A program made the position numbers and the translations under genes. This document shows positions 59,801 to 64,000 of a DNA stretch of 64,000 bases, in pieces (within the stretch, counting starts at the first letter, position 1; each line of letters begins with the position of its first letter). Source of the stretch: Mizuhopecten yessoensis (Eukaryota); the NCBI RefSeq assembly GCF_002113885.1, contig NW_018480068.1:115565-179564 (forward strand), given 5' to 3'. The notes under the pieces are model-generated. The model was not told where the DNA came from. It was given only the letters and a program-made list of their open reading frames with translations, and did not search any database.

Positions 59801-62800
59801 AATCCCCAGGTTATCGGAATGCTTAGATTTTCATAAAATCATCTCTGCATAGTGACATAACCATTATGTGAAACTTTCATTGAATTCTTCTGGCTAATTG
59901 CGAAAAGGTGGAGCCTCCTTAAAAAGTTAATCTTTTAAACATTATAAGATCACTGAAAATTAACATTATAAAACATGTTTTAAATTGCAAATCTAAGATA
60001 AGCATTGTTATTGATTGTATAGTGTGACTTTGTACTCGGTATTGGTTGTTGGGCTATTAACAGAAGGCTTTGTGTTTTGTCTTAAGTGTAGTATAGCTGA
60101 CAGCTTTCAGGGTCTCACAGTTAGTGGACAAAGGCTTACTTTATGATGGCTGTCTTAAGAAAATTATTTCTTGTATGTAAATAATTTGATGTGTATGTAG
60201 TCAACGTTATTATTGACTTTTATTGTTGTTTACTGTACATGAATTTAGATGGTGTTATTTCATGATACTCATCTTCATGGTAGGACAAATTTAATACAAC
60301 AGTCATCCAGGGGGTTACACTCACTTCTGCTCTCTGCACCCCAGGAATATGTTGTAGCAAAATTGAAGGCACACGGCTAGTTAGTTGATTGGTCTTGGGT
60401 AAAACAAAATCTGACCAATCATTAGGCTGATGCCTGGTCTCGGGTAAAACAAAATCTGACCAATCATTAGGCTGATGCCTGGTCTCGGGTAAAACAAAAT
60501 CTGACCAATCATTAGGCTGATGCCTGCCCTTTTAAGATTAAAGAGGAGCAACATCCAACTTTTAAGCCAGTCATTTTACCGTTATGCAATAACAAGATTC
60601 TTTTGATGTACATCAAAGGATTAAACTAGTCTTTTTGTCTCATCTACAATATGGCACACACTAGGCCTTCAATTTTGCTATGACATATTCCTGGGGTGCA
60701 GAGAGCGGAATTGAGTGGAACTCCTTGAGGATTGAGGATGTACAGCAGTAGGTATAGAATGTACCTAACAATCTCGGAACTACAACTCAGCAATACACTT
60801 ATCCGTATTTTTGCACATTAATGGAAGAATAGCACTCTGGGAAATCAAAGCTGTATCTTATATAGAATATCTACTTACGATTAAGATTTTAGAAAATGAC
60901 AGGAAAAAACTATTGATAGGTAGTTAGTCAAGAATAAATTAACAATAGGCTAATTATTACTTTATCTCAAACCTAAGTGCAAATCAATATTAATATATGC
61001 TGCTGTTTATCCTTATACAGATCTGTCCACTGGTCAGTAAAGTGAGGACTGGTGTATATATAAATATACAATATATTGAAATTTAACAAATGGCATTTTT
61101 GTTAATGAATTGTTAAGAAGTCATTTAATTGTTAACGTTTTACTCACAGTTACTGCTGTTGCGGCTCGCCAGAAGACGCCTATAACCATGACGCCAACAA
61201 GTAACATCCGCGTTGCCACCCCACAAGTTGTGAACGTCACTCAGGCTGGCCAGAGAGTTCCAACTATTGTATCATCGGTAACTAGACTCGACATACAAAT
61301 AACTGTACCTGAAATAAAATCAGTCACTTCTATGATAAATAAATATAGATTGGTTTTAGAATGCTTTAAAGAAAGTTTGAATTTAAGTTGAAAATATTTG
61401 AGATTTCTGGTCTTTTTCTCAGATAAAGGTAAAATCATTTGAAGTGGTGGTTCTTCTGATAACATTTTGCTGGAGTATGTATTAAGAGGGTATTCACCTG
61501 TTAAAGAGATTGTTTGATATCTTCAGGGTGGTGGTCAGATGACTGGTATCGCGGCTCTGGCTGCTGCGGCGGCTGCCACACAGAAGATTCCTGGTACATC
61601 TAGTACCACAACAACACCGGTGTCTGGCATCAAGGTTGTCACACCAACGATTGTGACACCTCAGGGTGTCAAAGTCACACCAGTTCCTGGAAAACTAGGT
61701 ATTTTGTTGTACTGATATCCTGTCGTACATTTACTGTCGGTGTAATATTCATCCAACTGTTTAAACATTTATGAAGTTCTCGCACAATAATGTTATTAAA
61801 ATAAAGGAACACTAACAATGATCATTATTATATCTCTGATCATTGGTTTGGTGTAGTATGACACTGATTTGTTGTAAATACAGCGTTCTTTTCTGCTTTT
61901 TCTTCAAATTTTGATGAACTTGTCTCATTCCTAGGTACACAGACAGTACGTGTGGCCACCCCTGGGTCTACCATCCTCAAGACTCCCGGCAGCATCCAGC
62001 AGACTATTGGCGGCAAACAAATCATCACTGTACACAAGGCAGGGGGCGGCTCAAGTACCGGTCAACCCCAGATTGTCACCCTTGTCAAGACAAACCAGGG
62101 CATGCAAGTTGCTACAGTACGTATACGACCTCAAAGGTCATTCCATCGAGCTCTACCATAAATCTAGATACTTGGGCATACAGAATAAGGTAGTTTGAAC
62201 TTGCTGTGTCTTTAACTGATTGCTTTTTAGTTCTGACAGGTTTTATTTTGATGTTTTTTCGATTCTGACAGATCAAAATTTTGATTTAATGTCTCAATAT
62301 CGATTCTAACTCTTATTCTATTTACAGAGTTAAGGGCCAGACACTTTCTTAACTTGTTTACTTCTAGTATGACAAACAGGGCATAAAATATCCGAATTTG
62401 TTTTCTATTGTCATATGGAAATAAATCATGGGCATAACATGAAAGAATAGGAAAACAATTTACACATCGAGTATGGTGTACAGGACATTTCGGTGTGTCT
62501 AATTTTAGCACTGTGATCCAACTGCTTTCAAACACAAAAATATGACAACATTAAAAATAAACCAATTACGATATTAAGCATTTGGAGATGAAATAAATTT
62601 CTTACTGAAAACAATTTTGTTTTCAATACTGCAAATCACTTAGACTAAAATATAGATATTTTTGTGTTGATTCGAGAAAGATATTCGTGAATTCTGGTGT
62701 GTCATAGAGTTTTTTTCAAACACTTAAACAGATGACATTTATCTGTTGTTGTCCCCTTTACCAATGCAGAACATTGCTATTAAATCTGTTGAAGGGTTAT

Positions 62801-63131
62801 AGCTGTACTGTTTATCATTGTTATCACAGGAACCAATGTTCCATAGTACTTTTTGAAAGATGAAACTCTGTGCAACATAACACAACTTGCATGTTTAGTG
62901 AGACTAAGTGGTTGATCTGGGAACATGGTGTCTATATCTCACTGTTTTCTTGTTCTGATGTTTTAGACAAAAGGACCCCTTCCACAAGGTGCCACAATTG
63001 TGAAGCTGGTGACGACCCAGGGGAGTGGTACTGGTAAACCTACTGCTATCCTCACGACTAGCCAAGCCGGCCAGACACCGTCCACGATACTGGGCATCAG
63101 TAGCGTGCAGCCCCAGGGCACTGCCACACGG
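53284..63131 (+). CDS. HCFC1: Host cell factor 1 (Kelch domain, SAS1N/Fn3, basic region); 13 coding exons, 3'-partial
   Basis: Exons 53284-53443, 54284-54505, 54737-54824, 55005-55213, 55377-55568, 55995-56140, 56793-56826, 57093-57320, 57791-57868, 61150-61277, 61527-61698, 61935-62116, 62967-63131; GT-AG, phase-consistent, 668 codons. Peptides: [131 protein letters not shown]. Confidence 0.97.
56665..56779. repeat. 23-bp tandem repeat x5 abutting the HCFC1 exon 7 acceptor
   Basis: Unit gaattgaccta(g/a)tttgtatatct, ending 13 nt before exon 7. Confidence 0.9.
58687..59922. mobile_element. TTAA-flanked non-autonomous element (Kolobok-like), about 1.24 kb, in HCFC1 intron 9
   Basis: ttaa-ggagtttccacccttcgtaat ... 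attgcgaaaaggtggagcctcc-ttaa. Confidence 0.7.
60311..60724. mobile_element. MITE with about 60-bp TIRs and an internal 45-bp x3 repeat
   Basis: cactcacttctgctctctgcaccccaggaatatgttgtagcaaaattgaaggc / gccttcaattttgctatgacatattcctggggtgcagagagcggaattgagtg; internal tggtctcgggtaaaacaaaatctgaccaatcattaggctgatgcc x3. Confidence 0.8.
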
Positions 63132-64000
63132 GTAACTCAACGTTTTTGTCTGGTTCGAAATTTAGGGAGAAAAAAATTCAAATACTTGCCAACTCTCCCT
63201 ATTTTGGAGGGAGACTCCAGATTTTGGACCCTAACATTGAGCATTTTCAACCAGTGAATTTGCTAAACTATTTCTATGATTTGATGATTTCATCTGAATG
63301 AACTGCTCAAAAGATGCCATTTAAAAGTGGTGTTTACCCCTAGTGGGTACATACACACATTTTATTGAAGTTTTTAATCTCCCCCATGGAAATTTTTAAA
63401 AAGTTTGCAATTGTATGCTGTCAGAACTTAATTTAAATACAGAAATAAAATGCCATGGTGCATATCTGATTGATGCTGGATGTTGTATATAAGAAAACAT
63501 TACAATCGATTATGAAATCACAATTCTTACTTTATTACTGATGACAATTTCTGACAGATTAAACACAAATCTCATAAACATCACAATGAACCCTCAATCT
63601 TCAACTTCTAAATTAAGGGTTTGATGTCAAGTTTCTGGAAGTTTTTGAGAAACCAAATTAAGTTGGAATAGACTGTAAATATACAACTGTTGGGACTGTA
63701 AAAAAACACAATTTTGACAGAGATGAGAGAAAAATAATCTTCAAGTCATATCCATGCTGGACTATAAAAATGCTATGAAGTAGAAATGTGGAAAATCTGT
63801 GGGAAATCAAGATGAAAAACCTGTAAAGCTTCTGTGAGATTTGTGATTCATGCTTGAATGTATCTTTTGATAGTTCATATCTCAAAAGCATGGGTTGAAG
63901 TTTATGGATATTTAATTTCATTGCTGAAAACGAGTCTGGTAAGACATGGTTTCAACCTTTTGCTTAAAAATTATCTTTTTCAAACTTGGTTAAACGTTAA

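Overview
This is an AT-rich, intron-rich animal genomic window; the repeat landscape suggests a bivalve mollusc (inference). I reconstructed five protein-coding genes by hand from GT-AG boundaries and phase continuity. (1) ATG7 on the minus strand has 15 coding exons visible and its 3' end lies outside the window. (2, 3) Two tandem, same-orientation paralogues of the GEX1/Brambleberry/Kar5 nuclear-membrane-fusion family follow; the first is head-to-head with ATG7. (4) TMEM187 on the minus strand has a single coding exon and is head-to-head with (5) HCFC1, which has 13 coding exons visible and its 3' end outside the window. Introns and spacers carry many minisatellites, Helentron-type non-autonomous elements, TIR/MITE elements, a CORE-type SINE and tRNA-like repeats. 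There is an 807-N gap and several single-N contig joins. The main highlights are: a duplicated three-TM nuclear fusion gene pair that looks more like plant GEX1 than vertebrate Bmb and has diverged tails; the TMEM187-HCFC1 divergent pair also seen at human Xq28; a minisatellite built from an ATG7 exon/5' splice-site junction; and a TIR element splitting the ATG7/GEX1-like divergent promoter.
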